Source: Eledone cirrhosa (lineage: Eukaryota). Taken from it: 64,000 bases of DNA. A model generated the notes under the pieces. That model was not told the DNA's origin, ran no database searches, and saw nothing but the letters and a program-made list of their open reading frames with translations. Numbering within the stretch: position 1 is the stretch's first letter; every line of letters starts with the position of its first letter. The stretch is from the NCBI GenBank assembly GCA_964016885.1, contig OZ024743.1:365676001-365740000 (forward strand), read 5' to 3'. Made by a program: the position numbers and the translations under genes. Positions 15,998 through 29,800 of the stretch are shown here, piece after piece.

Positions 15998-16199
15998 AAC
16001 GTATCATATATTGAATAATATACGGGATATTTATGTAAAATAGAGTCCTTTCACTATGAATTTTAAGGTTGTGATGGTCGTCACATACCTAGCTTTGGCA
16101 AAAATAGTAGGAAGTAATCAACGAGGCAATCATTTCTCGCTTATTAGTCTTTATATCGAACACCAATACAAATTGGCCCCAAGGTTGGGATTTTACATA

Positions 16200-16265
<66 letters not shown>

Positions 16266-17082
16266 CACACACATATATACATATGGACACACATATGTAT
16301 GTGTATGTATAGGTAAATATAATCCACACGTCTGTGTGTGTCTGTATATATATGGGCATGTGTGTGCATACGTACTTAATAGTAAAATGATTGTAACTTT
16401 TAGGCCAATATTCATAATAAATAGAAATCCTCCTATCGATTGATACATTATTACTAATTTAAGCTCCCATTATTTTTATATTGTTTTTTTTTCTTTAGAA
16501 TTAAAATTGATCGTAACTTTAATGAGTATTATTAAATTGATAAGCTCTAATTTTATTCCTATACTGTGTATTTGAGTCAAAATACGAGTAATAATTTTAA
16601 GAGTCAAACTAACCATATATATGTATTACTAATAAATTTAAATTTGTGCCTTTAGTTTTCCATAATTTTTAACGTTTTCTAGATTATGTGTAAAGTTTGT
16701 TTACGTTTTACGAATTATTTTGTAAAAAAAACATCTTTTTGGTGAAAGAATTTGTATTATTTAATGATTCTGATTAATTCAATACAGAGGGAAAAAATGC
16801 TACCTCCTTCTGTATTTGAATGTAAATCAAGTAAATAATGTATTAAACCTTGGTTATTTATTTGTTCATATTTTATATATACTCTTTGATGTAAAACTAA
16901 TGTGACTGGAAATTTACAAATTGGATTAAACTCTGGAATGTCTTTTGCCAGTTTTACTGGCCATTCTTACTGACAAAATAAAAAAATATTCGAGAATATT
17001 GTCTGTCTAATGCAGTTGTATTATCAACTCATCTAATATATCTTATATATATATATATACATACATATATATATAGAGAGAG

Positions 17083-17136
<54 letters not shown>

Positions 17137-17364
17137 TATATCATATAGGGGTAAGCGGAAATCTGTATTGCGGAAGTGCGTTCAGAGCAAACCGTACCAA
17201 GGACTCTCAGTTGGGGATGTTCTAATTACATAATTTTACTAATGCCCTCGAGGAGAAGACAAGACCCCATGACTATTTCCTATTTCCTTTCCTCTTATAT
17301 ATCTGATGTGTCATGTCTTCCCCACCTCTCTCATTTACTCTCTCTCTCTCTCTCTCTCTCTCAC

Positions 17365-17422
<58 letters not shown>

Positions 17423-17440
17423 GTATATATATATATACAT

Positions 17441-17471
<31 letters not shown>

Positions 17472-17542
17472 CATATACATACATACATACATACATACAT
17501 ACATACATACATACATACATACATACATACATACATACATAC

Positions 17543-18151
17543 ATGGTGGCTGCCAACTCGTTTTCGAGTACGGCCACTACTTTATATCCATGTAGGAGAA
17601 CCCCTACCGATGCGCTGAACGAGTGTGACTTTTTAGTCCAGCCAGCGACTTGAAAACTCTGGTACAAACACTACACTTATGACAATTATTGACACATAGT
17701 GCTGGGCCCATGGTACCATGTGACGACAAGTGCAGAGAGATCTCCAGATATAAAGCAATGCTTGTGCCATGAAGCTTTTATAGTGAGCAAAGGCACTGCA
17801 CAAAGCCAGTCCCACTCTCTTAACCAAGATGATATTTACCAAAAAGAAGAACAAGTCAACATCATTGAATACCATCAGGGCTGCAGGTGTTATATCAGAG
17901 TTTTCCTTCTCCTAGAATTCTGCCTTGACAAAGGCTAAGGGGTCATCTCTCCCGGTGATTTTGGATGGCCATTGACTCTTAAGAGCTCCTTTGCCCTTTG
18001 ACAGGTTTTGTTTTTAGTCCTGCAGGATGTCCAAAGTCACCCTCCTCACCATGAAACCTTGGTGGGGTTGCCTGTTTAATCGCCAACGTCCCAACCATGA
18101 GACAGGTTGTACTGGGATACATGTTACCAGTAGCACCAACTGGTGACCTGA
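17543..18151 (-). mobile_element. Bipartite RTE-derived non-autonomous element, full length (~610 bp)
   Basis: RTE-type 5' UTR motif ctaggagaaggaaaactctgat; 3' part encodes C2H2 remnant KCSVCTRVFKSLAGLKSHTRSAHR*; (TATG)n at both ends. Confidence 0.8.
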
Positions 18152-19483
18152 CATACATACATACATACATACATACATACATACATACATACATACATAC
18201 ATACATACATACATACATACATACATACATACATACATACATACGCGGGCTTTTATTAGCGCCTATGTGTGTTTGTGTGTACGTGTAAAGAGCGTGATTC
18301 GATGGTCTTTTTTTTTTCAGATAAAAAATAAATTCTCAAAATGCACTCACAGGTAGTCTCGTGGGGTGTATTATACATGCATTCGCACACAGACACAAAC
18401 CTTTTGTTCCTAAGCACCAGTGTTGGCGGATCTATGATACGTCTGCCAAAAGTGGCATGTACAGGGTTTGAAAGAAATCACGATAAACCTTGGAGAAAAT
18501 CATTTAAGTTAAATAACATTTTAGCTTAGAATTTTTTAATCCTTTTTATTAGTACTTTTTGTATGTTCAAATTTTATTTGATTAAAAGTCCTAGTTTATA
18601 AATAATGTAACTGTCCTACTTGGCTTTGTCTAGGTTTATTAATATATATCTGTGTCTAAGCACCTCTACCGGGAAGGTGTCGCAGCGATGGCAATAAGAC
18701 CTGAAACCTGTCGTAGTGTTATGCTGTGGGATGGAGCAGAAGATACGTATGGTACCATCTATCTGCCTAACGTTTTCATTTCTGCTCTGGTTCCTTCCAC
18801 TTTTGCTAACTGTTCGTCGCAGACCCATTTCATCTCAAAAATTGTGAGTTTTCGCGCCAAGGGTTTGTTCAGAGTCCAAACGTCTGGTACTGGTAAGTCG
18901 GGATTTGGACAAATCAGTCAGATTTTGGTCCTTGTAGATATGCATTCGTAAGGAGATTAGCTAGTCGGTAACTAACATAAGGTATAACGGTCTAAAAACA
19001 TTTGTCACCACATCTATAGAGAACGGTTTCTTACATCGACACAATAGATACAAGCAGCAGAATAGATTAAAAGGATTCAGTTACGTGACTGGTACTTATT
19101 TTGTCCATCTGCAGGGTAGAAGATTTAGTGTTGAAATCAGCCGAATATGAACACAAAATATAAAAAAACGAAACTACTAATCACTGCAACATTTCTTGTA
19201 TATGTTGTTATCGTTTCTGACACTTCACACGCTATTTCTTCCAAAGATATTAAAACCCGTCAGTCACTGATTCAAATTGATGGATATTTAATACTCATCT
19301 TACACAGTCACTTTTATTCCAAGAAAAAGAAACACATGCATACAAGTAGTAACGGACACACACACAAGCTCTCCCTCTCATTCTTTCTTACCCCCTCTCA
19401 CTCTCTCTACCTCTCTCTCCCTCTCTCGGACACACACACGCCCACGCACACACACACACGCACGCACAAACTTAAGCACACAT

Positions 19484-19845
19484 GTATACATACATACATA
19501 CATACATACATACGTACGTACGTACGTACATACATACATACATACATACATACATACATACATACATACAAACATACATACATACATACATACAAACATA
19601 CATACATACATACATACAAACATACATACATACATACAAACATACATACATACATACATGCATACATACATACATACATACATACATACATACATACATA
19701 CATACATACATACATACATACGTACATACATACGTACATACATACGTACATACATACGTACATACATACATACATACATACATACATACATACATACATA
19801 CATACATACATACATACATACATACATACATACATACATACATAC
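19484..19845. repeat. (CATA)n tetranucleotide microsatellite
   Basis: Direct reading. Confidence 0.95.
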
Positions 19846-20459
19846 ACATGTCAAAAGACAATAAACTAAACTAGTTTTTCTGTCACCCTAGACTCATAAA
19901 TATGCAAGAAGAATACTTTAACAAGAGAAACAATAACAGTTTCTATAGCTACTTGTGCTGCTGCTGCTACCGCGAAACAGAGCGATTGTAGTGATGTATA
20001 GAATTGTCCAATTACCATGTTGGAGGGTAAGAAGAATGTTAGAGGGGTAAGATAATTGTGTCAAGTACTAGGTTAATGGATCTCCATTGGTTTTGACGAT
20101 GAGTATTCTATCTGTTTGATCAACGAAACAGCATGTGGTTGTGCCCTCTACAGACACGTCTATGCTTGGCGTAATTCTCAGGGAGATTCGGTGTGCTACA
20201 GTTTGTGACATAGCTGGCCAGATCAATAGCAGGTACAATCCATTCGACGGACTTCCAAACAGTTTCTGTCTCCCCAATTTCATTACTCAAAAGATGTTTA
20301 CCCAAGCTACCTTGCAGTGAGGTGGAACATGGAACATTATGATTGCAAAGCGAACGTTTTAAACATGTATGTATGTATGTATGTATGTATGTATGTATGT
20401 ATGTATGTATGTATGTATGTATGTATGTATGTATGTATGTATGTATGTATGTATGTATG

Positions 20460-21069
20460 TCAGGTCACCAGTTGGTGCTACTGGTAACATGTATCCCAGT
20501 ACAACCTGTCTCATGGTCGGGTCGTTAGCGACTAAACTGGCAACCCCACCAAGGTTTCTTGGTGAGGAGGGTGACTTAGGACATCCTGCAGGACTAAAAA
20601 CAAAACCTGTCAAAGGGCAAAGAAGCTCTTAAGAGTCAATGGCCATCAAAAATCACCGGGAGAGATAACCCCTTAGCCTTTGTCAAGGCAGAATTCTAGG
20701 AGAAGGAAAACTCTGATATAACACCTGCAACCCTGATGGTATCCAATGATGTTGACTTGTTCTTCTTTTTGGTAAATATCATCTTGGTTAAGAGACTGGG
20801 ACTGGCTTTGTGCAGTGCCTTTGCTCACTATAAAAGCTTCACGGCACAGGCATTGCTTTATATCTGGAGATCTCTCTGCACTTGTCATCACATGGTACCA
20901 TGAGCCCAGCACTATGTGTCAATAATTGTCACAAGTGTAGTGTTTGTACCAGAGTTTTCAAGTCGCTGGCTGGACTAAAAAGTCACACTCATTCAGCTCA
21001 TCGGTAGGGGTTCTCCTACATAGATATAAAGTAGTGGCCGTACTCGAAAACGAGTTGGCAGCCACCATG
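20460..21069 (+). mobile_element. Bipartite RTE-derived non-autonomous element, full length
   Basis: Reverse complement of 17543-18151 with the same 5' start (caggtcacc); (TATG)n tail. Confidence 0.8.
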
Positions 21070-21397
21070 TATGTATGTATGTATGTATGTATGTGTATAT
21101 ATACATATATATGATGTATGTATATATGTATCGATATATGTATGTATGTGTATATGTATGTATATATGATGTATGTATGTATATATATTATGTATGTATG
21201 TATTATGTATATATTATGTATGTATGTATGTATTATGTATGTACATATATTATGTATGTATGTATATATGATGTATGTATGTATGTATGTATCCCATGTA
21301 TGTATGTATTATGTATATATTATGTATGTATGTACGTACGTATGTATGTATATATTATGTATGTATGTATATATTATGTATTTATGTATGTATATAT

Positions 21398-21990
21398 AAT
21401 TGTTTCTAGTTTTGGCACAAGGCCCGCAATTACCCAGTGCATTACTGGTACTTTATTTTATCGACCCCGTAAGGATGAAAGGTAAAGTTAACCTTGGCGG
21501 AATTTGAACTCAGAATGGCAAGGGCCATAACTCTATACGTCAAAGCATGGCGTCCGACTCTCTACCAATACTTGTTTCTACTTTAGGCACAAGGCCAGCA
21601 ATTACCCAGTGCATTACTGGTACTTTATTTTATCGACCCCCGTAAGGATGAAAGGCAAAGTCAACCTCGGCGGGATTTGAACTCAGATCGTAAAGGGACG
21701 TAACTATGCTTGAAAGCATGGCGTCCGACCCTCTACCGATACTGCCAATACCAATACTGCCAATCCACCATGTATATATAATGTATGTACGTACGTGTTT
21801 GCGTACGTGTATGAAATATATAGAAGGAATCAAAAGAAAATTTGAGGTTAATACGCTTTCTTTCGAAATAATTGTTTCTACTTTAGGCACAAGGCCAGCA
21901 ATTATCCAGTGCATTACTGGTACTTTATTTTATCGACCCCGTAAGGATGAAAGGCAAAGTCAACCTCGGCGGGATTTGAACTCAGATCGT
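21398..21990 (-). mobile_element. Three tandem SINE family A copies (21398-21570, 21572-21770, 21868-21990)
   Basis: ggcacaaggcc.gcaatta.ccagtgcattactggtactttattttatcgacccc...atttgaactcaga occurs three times. Confidence 0.8.
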
Positions 21991-22366
21991 AATCTTTCGA
22001 AATAATGTCGACTATTAGTGGGTGGAAAATGTGGTGATGATGGAAGACGTTGGTGTAAGATGGTGGAGAGTGATTTCTGAAGTAGATCAACCTTCATGTT
22101 TCGTTCTCGTTTATCTATTTTTATTATAAAACGAACACATTAAAAATGTTTCCCTGCCACCAATACAACGCCACCATCACCATGATAACTTTTGCCGTTT
22201 TTTCTTCCGTCACTTTCACTCTATTAATACCAACCATTGTATCTTTCTTTCCACCCTCAACTAATTTATGCATAGACGTATACACATGAAATAGATACAC
22301 ACAGACACACATATTTTCATATTTTACCTATATATTCTCACGTGTCTGTTCACTTCTTTGACCTCG

Positions 22367-22457
<91 letters not shown>

Positions 22458-22488
22458 TGTATATATATATATATATATATGTAACTGT

Positions 22489-22522
<34 letters not shown>

Positions 22523-22523
22523 C

Positions 22524-23163
22524 TGTATATATATAAAATTAAGTGTGTGTGTGTGTGTATGTGTGTCTGTGTATTACCTATAGGTGCCTACATCTTACGA
22601 CCGATTCTCATGAAACTTTACAGGCTCGTAGATTAATCATCGGGGGGTGGTTTATATATATCAGCATATCTTTTTTTTTATTCCGGGGTCATTCTGCAGA
22701 TAGAAATCGATAGGGGGTGTCACATTTTTTTAGGTTTCGAAAAATAAGATTTTTGGCTCTAGCTCCCACATTTTGCCACCGATTTCGTTCAAATTTTAAA
22801 GCAAAATAGAATTTATCATTGCACATCCTGTAATAGCTTTATATTTTGCATTTGTTGTTCAGGGACGGCGTGACAGCCGCATAAATATTCAAAAATACAA
22901 ATTTTAGACTAAAATATCCGCCTTTTCGGCTCTAGCTCCCACATTTTTCAACCGATTTCGTTCAAATTCGAAACTCCCTCCCCCACTATGCCCCTTCGTC
23001 AGTCACCCGCGTTTCTCAGTGATAGGGGTCATCACCACCCTCCCCCGCATGGCCTGTGTGTGACCATAGATGAGTCATCAAGAAGTAGTCGCTAAGATCA
23101 ACACCTTTTCATCAAAGCAGATATTATTTTCACCTACCCAGGCAATGCTGGGTACTGCTGCTA

Positions 23164-23164
<1 letters not shown>
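22524..23164 (+). mobile_element. Non-autonomous Helitron-like element
   Basis: 3' hairpin tacccag-gcaatg-ctgggta (23135-23154) then CTAG|T; 5' tatataaaa start; internal direct repeats 22751-22796 / 22923-22968. Confidence 0.6.
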
Positions 23165-23211
<47 letters not shown>

Positions 23212-23271
23212 ATAATAATATATATTGTTGCAATAATATTGCCAGAAATCATAATATATATATATTTATAC

Positions 23272-23580
23272 ACTGTCGTCCCCCGGTATTCGCGGGGGTT
23301 ACGTTCCTAGAGCACCCGCGAAGAGTGAAAAACCGTGAATGTTGGACGTGGTCCATAAAAATGCCTATAAACATCAAAACATAACGTAAAATATAGGTCG
23401 GCAAATATGGTATATTGTTATTAATAATTTAGCGTTAAAAAGCGTGAAAAATATATATTACCACGAAAAAAGCCATGAAAAATTTGCGATGATATTTATG
23501 ATTCCGCGAATGCACAGTGCTTTCCACGAACAATTATTAGTTGGGTTCTGAGGGAAATTCCGCGAATAACCGTACCACGA
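23272..23580. mobile_element. Tigger/pogo-like MITE remnant
   Basis: Starts gtcgtcccccggtattcgcgggggttacgttcc after TA; ccgcgaata-type subterminal motifs toward right end. Confidence 0.45.
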
Positions 23581-23672
23581 ATACATTCATTCGATAATAA
23601 CCAACTTGTAGTGTTTCTTTTTGGTATTCTTCTTCATAAGATTTACGGCTTTAGTTTGATGATTGGGTACAC

Positions 23673-23773
<101 letters not shown>

Positions 23774-23782
23774 GTATATATG

Positions 23783-23814
<32 letters not shown>

Positions 23815-23855
23815 ATATATATATATATGTATATATATATAAATATATATATATA

Positions 23856-24220
23856 TAACGAAGGAAGTGTAGTAAGGAACTAGGTGGACCCTAATGCACC
23901 AGAGTACTGAATACTTAGGGTAGTAGGGTGTGTAATAGGAAAAAGTTCAAGACGCCGACGTCAGAGCGGCTTGAGCTCTGCCGTCGGGGTCTTGAACTTT
24001 TCCTATATATATATATATATATATATAGGAACGAGTAGGACCCCGACGGCTGAGCTCAAGCCGTTTCGACGGCTAATTCTGGTCCAGAATTAGCCGTCGA
24101 AACGGTTGAGCTCAGCCGTCGGGGTCCTACTCGTTCCTATTACCCACTCTACTACCCTAAGTATTGAGTACTTTGGTGCGTTATGGTCCACCTGGTTCCT
24201 TACCACATTTCCTTCGTTAT
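23856..24220. repeat. Two adjacent hairpin elements forming a nested fold-back
   Basis: Hairpins 23936-24005 and 24026-24139; outer tails 23856-23940 and 24135-24220 are complementary. Confidence 0.85.
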
Positions 24221-24590
24221 ATATATATATATATAATATATATATATGATACATATAACGTCTAAGTATGTTGTTAATTTAAGATTCTTTTGTTATCTTT
24301 GCGATTTAATTTCTTTCTAATATTTTGTTTGGTTTTCATAATTATTTAAATTTGTGTTTCATATATATATATATATGATTAGTTACAACAATGACATGTA
24401 CAGGTACATAGGTTTCATTGAGTTATTCGCCTAACTCAGTCAGCCAGTCATACAATAATCTCCACTACAAAGTGGAGATTATAGGAGAGTTCTAAGAGTA
24501 GGAAATCCCAAAATTATCTATAATTAGACAAATAACTTAAACATGCATTACTGCGCTCATCCCCCCCCCCCCCCACACACACACAAATAC

Positions 24591-24627
<37 letters not shown>

Positions 24628-24743
24628 AATTAAAATACTAGAGTGTGTTGGAGTTAAACACCCTCTTCGTATTATAGAAATGACAGTAAAGGTATAGCTC
24701 AATGTAATTAAACAGAGCCGAAGAATTAGGGTAATAGGGTGTG

Positions 24744-24814
<71 letters not shown>

Positions 24815-25037
24815 AAGAGTATAAGTAGAATTATATCACTCCATCAGTTTTCGACAGTAGAAAAATATCGATGGTGTTTTGTAAACATTTTGGTTATTCA
24901 TTACAGTATATGGAATCATAACCTTACAGAATCTAGTCAAATTATGAAGTGAAACAACTATGCAGGTGTGACGAACCAAACGCATTTGAAAAGTTGATCT
25001 TTCAAATTGTTAAACTTGTTTATATATACATATATAT

Positions 25038-25631
25038 ACATATATATATATATATATTTCGTTTCTGAATTTGTTTAGCAAGATTTTTTATCTGAAAACG
25101 TGTGTTGAAACCGATATTGTTATGCTTTGGGAGGGTCATGTGGCCAATAAGAAACACACGCACCAGTTGCTTTCACTCCAATTTATTATAAATTAAATTT
25201 ATAAATTTAAGAATTTATAAATTTCCAGTTGGTTGGTTGGTTCCACAACTGGACGGTTGTTCATATATTGTCAAAGTTCTTTCGTTACACATTCTGTGAC
25301 CTCTTCAGTGACTGTGGATTCTTTTCTTTGTTTTTGTGCCTCTCATTTGTTCTGTCCTACGCCATCTTGTTTTTGATGGCGTAGGACAGAACAAATGAGA
25401 GGCACAAAACAAAGAAAAGAATCCACAGTCACTGAAGAGGTCACAGAATGTGTAACGAAAGAACTTTGACAATATATGAACAACCGTCAAGTTGTGGAAC
25501 CAACCAACCAACTGGAAATTTATAAATTCTTAAATTTATAAATTTAATTTATAATAAATTGGAGTGAAAGCAACTGGTGCGTGTGTTTCTTATTGGCAAC
25601 ATGACCCCCCCACCCCCATCCCCCAAACCAT

Positions 25632-25640
<9 letters not shown>
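25038..25640. mobile_element. Non-coding PLE-end fold-back
   Basis: Arms ~25116-25366 and 25375-25640 near-perfect; terminus homologous to 13845-13950 of the GIY-YIG PLE; (TA)n on both sides. Confidence 0.85.
25428..25470 (+). ncRNA. Type I hammerhead ribozyme (mirror copy on minus strand ~25270-25312)
   Basis: gtca-CTGAAGA-ggtcaca gaa tgtgtaac-GAAA-gaac-TT-tgac; helix I gtca/tgac. Confidence 0.65.
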
Positions 25641-25669
<29 letters not shown>

Positions 25670-25696
25670 GTTATTGTTATTATTATTATTATTATT

Positions 25697-25790
25697 TTGC
25701 CTTTCATCCTTATGGGGTCGATAAAATAAAGTACCAGTAATGTACTGGGTAATTGCCGGCCTTGTGCCAAAAGTAGAAACAATTATTATT
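25697..25790 (+). mobile_element. SINE family A 3' half in (ATT)n
   Basis: Matches 9663-9752. Confidence 0.75.
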
Positions 25791-25821
25791 ATTATTACTA
25801 TTATTATTATTATCATTATTA

Positions 25822-26484
25822 GACTTCGATAACGGCACTCAACTGCCCATAAGTGTTGAGGGCAAACGCCCGAAATGCTTTCGCTGTGGATCGAAGACTC
25901 ACATCAGGGCCTTCTGCAACGAGAAGACCCTGAGAAAGGAGAAAACCCCCCTCCTTCCGAAACCGGCTCCACGGCTACCAGCAACAGGACAAGCGGCAAC
26001 CAGGAACGATAGGTCCGTGGCACCCATACCCACGCCACGGAAATCAAAAACAGCAGCAGCAGTGGATGTATTAACAACAACAACAGCAATACCAAATGCA
26101 GCTGCAATAGAGACTCCAGTGCAAACATCACCAACAACAACAAGTGAAAGAGTGGAGCTGGTACCCCTCCCCGACCTCACAGAATCAGACATGGAGTGTG
26201 AGGTGGGAGAGGGATGGCAAAAGGTCGTAAGAAGGCACAAACGCAGAAGCAGCGCATCGTCGCCTTTGAAAAGGGAGGAAAGAAATGAAAAAAAGGTTAA
26301 AGTCTACTGCAAAGAGACTCACAGCAGCAACACCACCAACACCATCACCACCCACACTAGCACCACCATCACCACCGGCGACAACCCCACCGCCAACAAC
26401 ACCTTCAACACCACCACCACAAGCACCAACATCGCAAACACAACAACAAAACACACACACCCAGCAACAACGACAAGAAAATAG
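25822..26484 (+). pseudogene. ORF1 (gag-like) C-terminal part
   Basis: In frame with ORF 26017-26484; CCHC knuckle CFRCGSKTHIRAFC starting at 25876; Thr-rich tail; no start codon. Confidence 0.7.
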
Positions 26485-26892
26485 CAGAACCACACCCCAT
26501 CCCCAGAAAAACAAATGCACGGCAATAAATACACACAACAAGAAACTAATGACTTACATAATTGAACACACAGACATTTCACAACACGACTACATAATAC
26601 CAGCACCAATCAAAACGCCAACTAACATAAGACTGCTAAAATTACCACAGAAACAATACACAAACAATAAAACGAAATTCCCCAACGCAGTTGGTGATTT
26701 CAGAGACCTAGGAGGAACTATCAACCGAAGAGTATATTCGGACATACTCATAGAAGAGCCGACGACCAGCCGAAGGGACGATTCAACGGTCCCTTCACCA
26801 GACGATCAAGTGAAAAGGGATGGAAAAACCATCCCTCCTCTACGAAAAGTACGGTAAGTGGTCTTTCCCATCTTTTCCACTCTATTTTAAAC

Positions 26893-29800
26893 ATGACCTC
26901 ACTCAGAATAGGCAGCATAAATGCGCGTGGCTTGGGGTCGTCATGGAAGCAGGGTCACCTGCTCAACGACCTCAGGTCACTAAACATAGATGTAGTGGCC
27001 ATCAGCGAGACCAGAATCTCCGAAGCACGGGCCTTCGCACCGATCTTCGGCGGCTATGATGTGTACGCATCTCCTAGGCGTCCTGGATCGGGGGGAGGAG
27101 TTGCTGTGCTTTTTCGGAGAAGTTTGGATCTCGCCATACGGGCCATCTTCCTGGACCCAGAGGGTAAGTTGGTGGTGCTGGACGTGACCAGCGGAGACGG
27201 GCAAGCTTTCAGGCTAGTGGCCGTCTATGCCCCGACAGGAGCAGGGCGGCCTGATTTCTTCCGGCGTCTGGAGACCATTCTTGGAACGTCCCGCTCTTTA
27301 GTGTTAGTCGGCGACTGGAACGGGATCTTAGATGCACGCTGTGTGGGATTAGCGGATAGGGGTGGAGGGTGCAAGAGCCTCACCAACCTGCTCAGGCGTT
27401 TTGAACTGTCTGACAGGTACCGATTGGATTTCCCGAATGTGCCAATGTGGACTTGGTCAAATCGTATAGGGTCATCCAGATCATATCTAGATAGAGTATT
27501 TTGTAGGGAAATAGATAGGTCTAGCATAGGCTGTCCACAATTCAAGATAGTCAGCTACACGGACCACAAATTCGTGATCTGTGTGGTTGACTTAGATAGG
27601 CTTCATAGACGAGGACCCGGCTACTGGAAGCTAAACGCGTCCTTACCAGCGCGCAAGGCCTACAGAGACCGGATTAGCGAACTAGTTAAGCGGGCGTTGA
27701 CGGGGGCCATCGTCAACAACAAGTGGTGGTTTGCTCTGAAAAGAGCGATTAGAATAGAATCCATTAGGTTTAGTAAGGCTTTAGCAATAGAGAAAAATAG
27801 AGCAGAGGGAGAACTAGTTAGAAAATTAGTCGAGGCGCTTAGCAAAGGCATTGCGACCGACGTGCTTGCGCCGAAATTGGCCCTTGACCAATTCTTCAAT
27901 GCAAAGCACGAAGGCTGCGTTGTCAGAGCAAGGGTGCGTGCTATCAGACACGAGGGGACGAAAGCCGTTCAATGGGCCCGAGTGGCGGAGGCGCGTCGTG
28001 GCAACAAAGCCACGATCCGGTCTTTGGTGGACCACGACGGGCGCATGCTACTCGATCCCGGGCAAATGTGTGAAGCTTTTCAGCGACACTTCGCTCAGCT
28101 GTTCGGGGGCAGCGGTGGGCCGGGTCGAGGGATGGACTTTAGTGTCTACCTCGACGGACTGCCGTGGCTCTCGGCCACTGAAGCGAAGTGTTGCTAAAAG
28201 CCGATAACAGCCGCTGAAGTACGGGAGGCAATGACTGGCTGCACAAGGGGTAAATTGCCTGGTTTGGATGGTCTGCCCTATGAACTTTACGTACAGATGC
28301 CAGACTTGTTCGGAGGCCTCTTGGCGGACGTCTACTGCAACTGGCAACAGAACGGGAGAATTCCCAGTTCTGTGAGCCGAGAAGCGGTGGCACTGCTGAG
28401 AAAGGATCCGAACAAGGGGGATAACATAGACAATTTCCGGCCCATAACTCTGCTAAACACAGAGTTTAAGATTTTGGCCAAGGTGCTAGCAAAGAGGTTG
28501 GCGCTTGTCGTTGGTGGTCTGGTGGGAGAGGCGCAGACATGCGCCATTCCCGACAGATCCATCCACGACAACCTCCACCTCATGCGATACATCGTAGAGA
28601 GGGTAGCTAGGGAACCTGGCACGGGTGGGTCCTTGATCAATTTAGATCAGTCGAAAGCTTTCGATAGGGTCGACCATCGTTACCTAGCGGCAGTCCTGAG
28701 GGCGGCTGGCTTTGGGCCCGTCTTCAGAGGCTGGATCGCTGCCATGCACAGCGACATCTGCTCTGTGGTGAGAGTGAACGGTCACCTGTCGGAACCGTTC
28801 AACATCATGCGCTCGGTCCGCCAAGGATGTCCCCTCTCGTCCCTCTTGTACGTATTGACGCTCGAGCCATTACTGCACAAACTGGAGACGTTGAGGGGAG
28901 TCCCGCGCGAACTAGGATGCGGAAGATCCGTGTCAGCATATGCGGACGATGTCACCGTAGTGGTGTCGAACGCCAAACACATCGAGGCGATCGGCACTAC
29001 ACTAAGAGAATACGAAGCGGTGACAGGAGCAATGATCAACCAGGAAAAGTCAGTGGGCCTGCAGCTCGGCACCTGGAGAGGCAGGTCCATGCCGTCCAAC
29101 AGCGTCGTCGGGCGCTGGACGGACGGACCGGTTAAATTGCTAGGGGTCTGGTTCGGTCCGGACCTCCAGACGGACAAAAACTGGGACGAGGTGACGAGCA
29201 GGGTGGCTTCTCTCACCCAGAAATGGGCGGAGAGGAAGCTATCCCTGAAAGGTCGAGCGGAGGTGGCTAACGCGTACATCGCGTCTGTCATCTGCTACCG
29301 CCTGACCGTCGTACCTTGTCCTAAGCCTCGCCTGACTGCGCTGGAGCGTTTGCTCTTTCGCTTTTTGTGGAAGGGACGTGCTCCGATGGTCAGGCGGTCC
29401 ATCTGTTGTCAACACCCGCTACGTGGAGGGCTGGGCATGCCGTGGCTGATGATGCGCAGGCACGCGCTCAGGCTACGACATCTCCACCTCTTCCTCGACG
29501 GTGATCAGGTGTGGTCGCCGTTTGCTAGACGCGTTTTTCCCCAGCTCGTTTCCTTGACGGAGCTGCAGTCCTGGGTCAAGCGAAGACCGAGAGGGAGCGC
29601 CTGGAGACTGGAATGTCTTCAGGCGCTCACAGCCCTCGACCAATCGGGCAATGTGATCGGTGGAAACTCCACCTCGGCGTTCTATAGAGGATTAGTGGAG
29701 GGGAAGAGCGACGACGTACTTGGGGAAACTCTAGGCGTCGACGAAAATCAACTAGCCAATCTCTTCGGAAGAACTTTCGGGCCAGGGCCTATGGACAACT

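Noticed and set aside
20460-20600. HDV-like ribozyme at the 5' end of the RTE-derived element
   Set aside because: ggtcacc/ggtgact pairing and a CTAA motif exist, but P3/L3/P1.1 could not be threaded consistently in both copies
21398-21990. CRISPR-like repeat array
   Set aside because: Units are >100-bp SINE copies in eukaryotic DNA; no regular spacers or cas genes
23915-24745. Telomeric TTAGGG seeds (ttagggtagtaggg, ttagggtaataggg)
   Set aside because: Single units inside a repeat family's tail, not arrays
28195-28197. Programmed stop read-through in Tx1 ORF2
   Set aside because: A single nonsense substitution is simpler; no second copy covers this site
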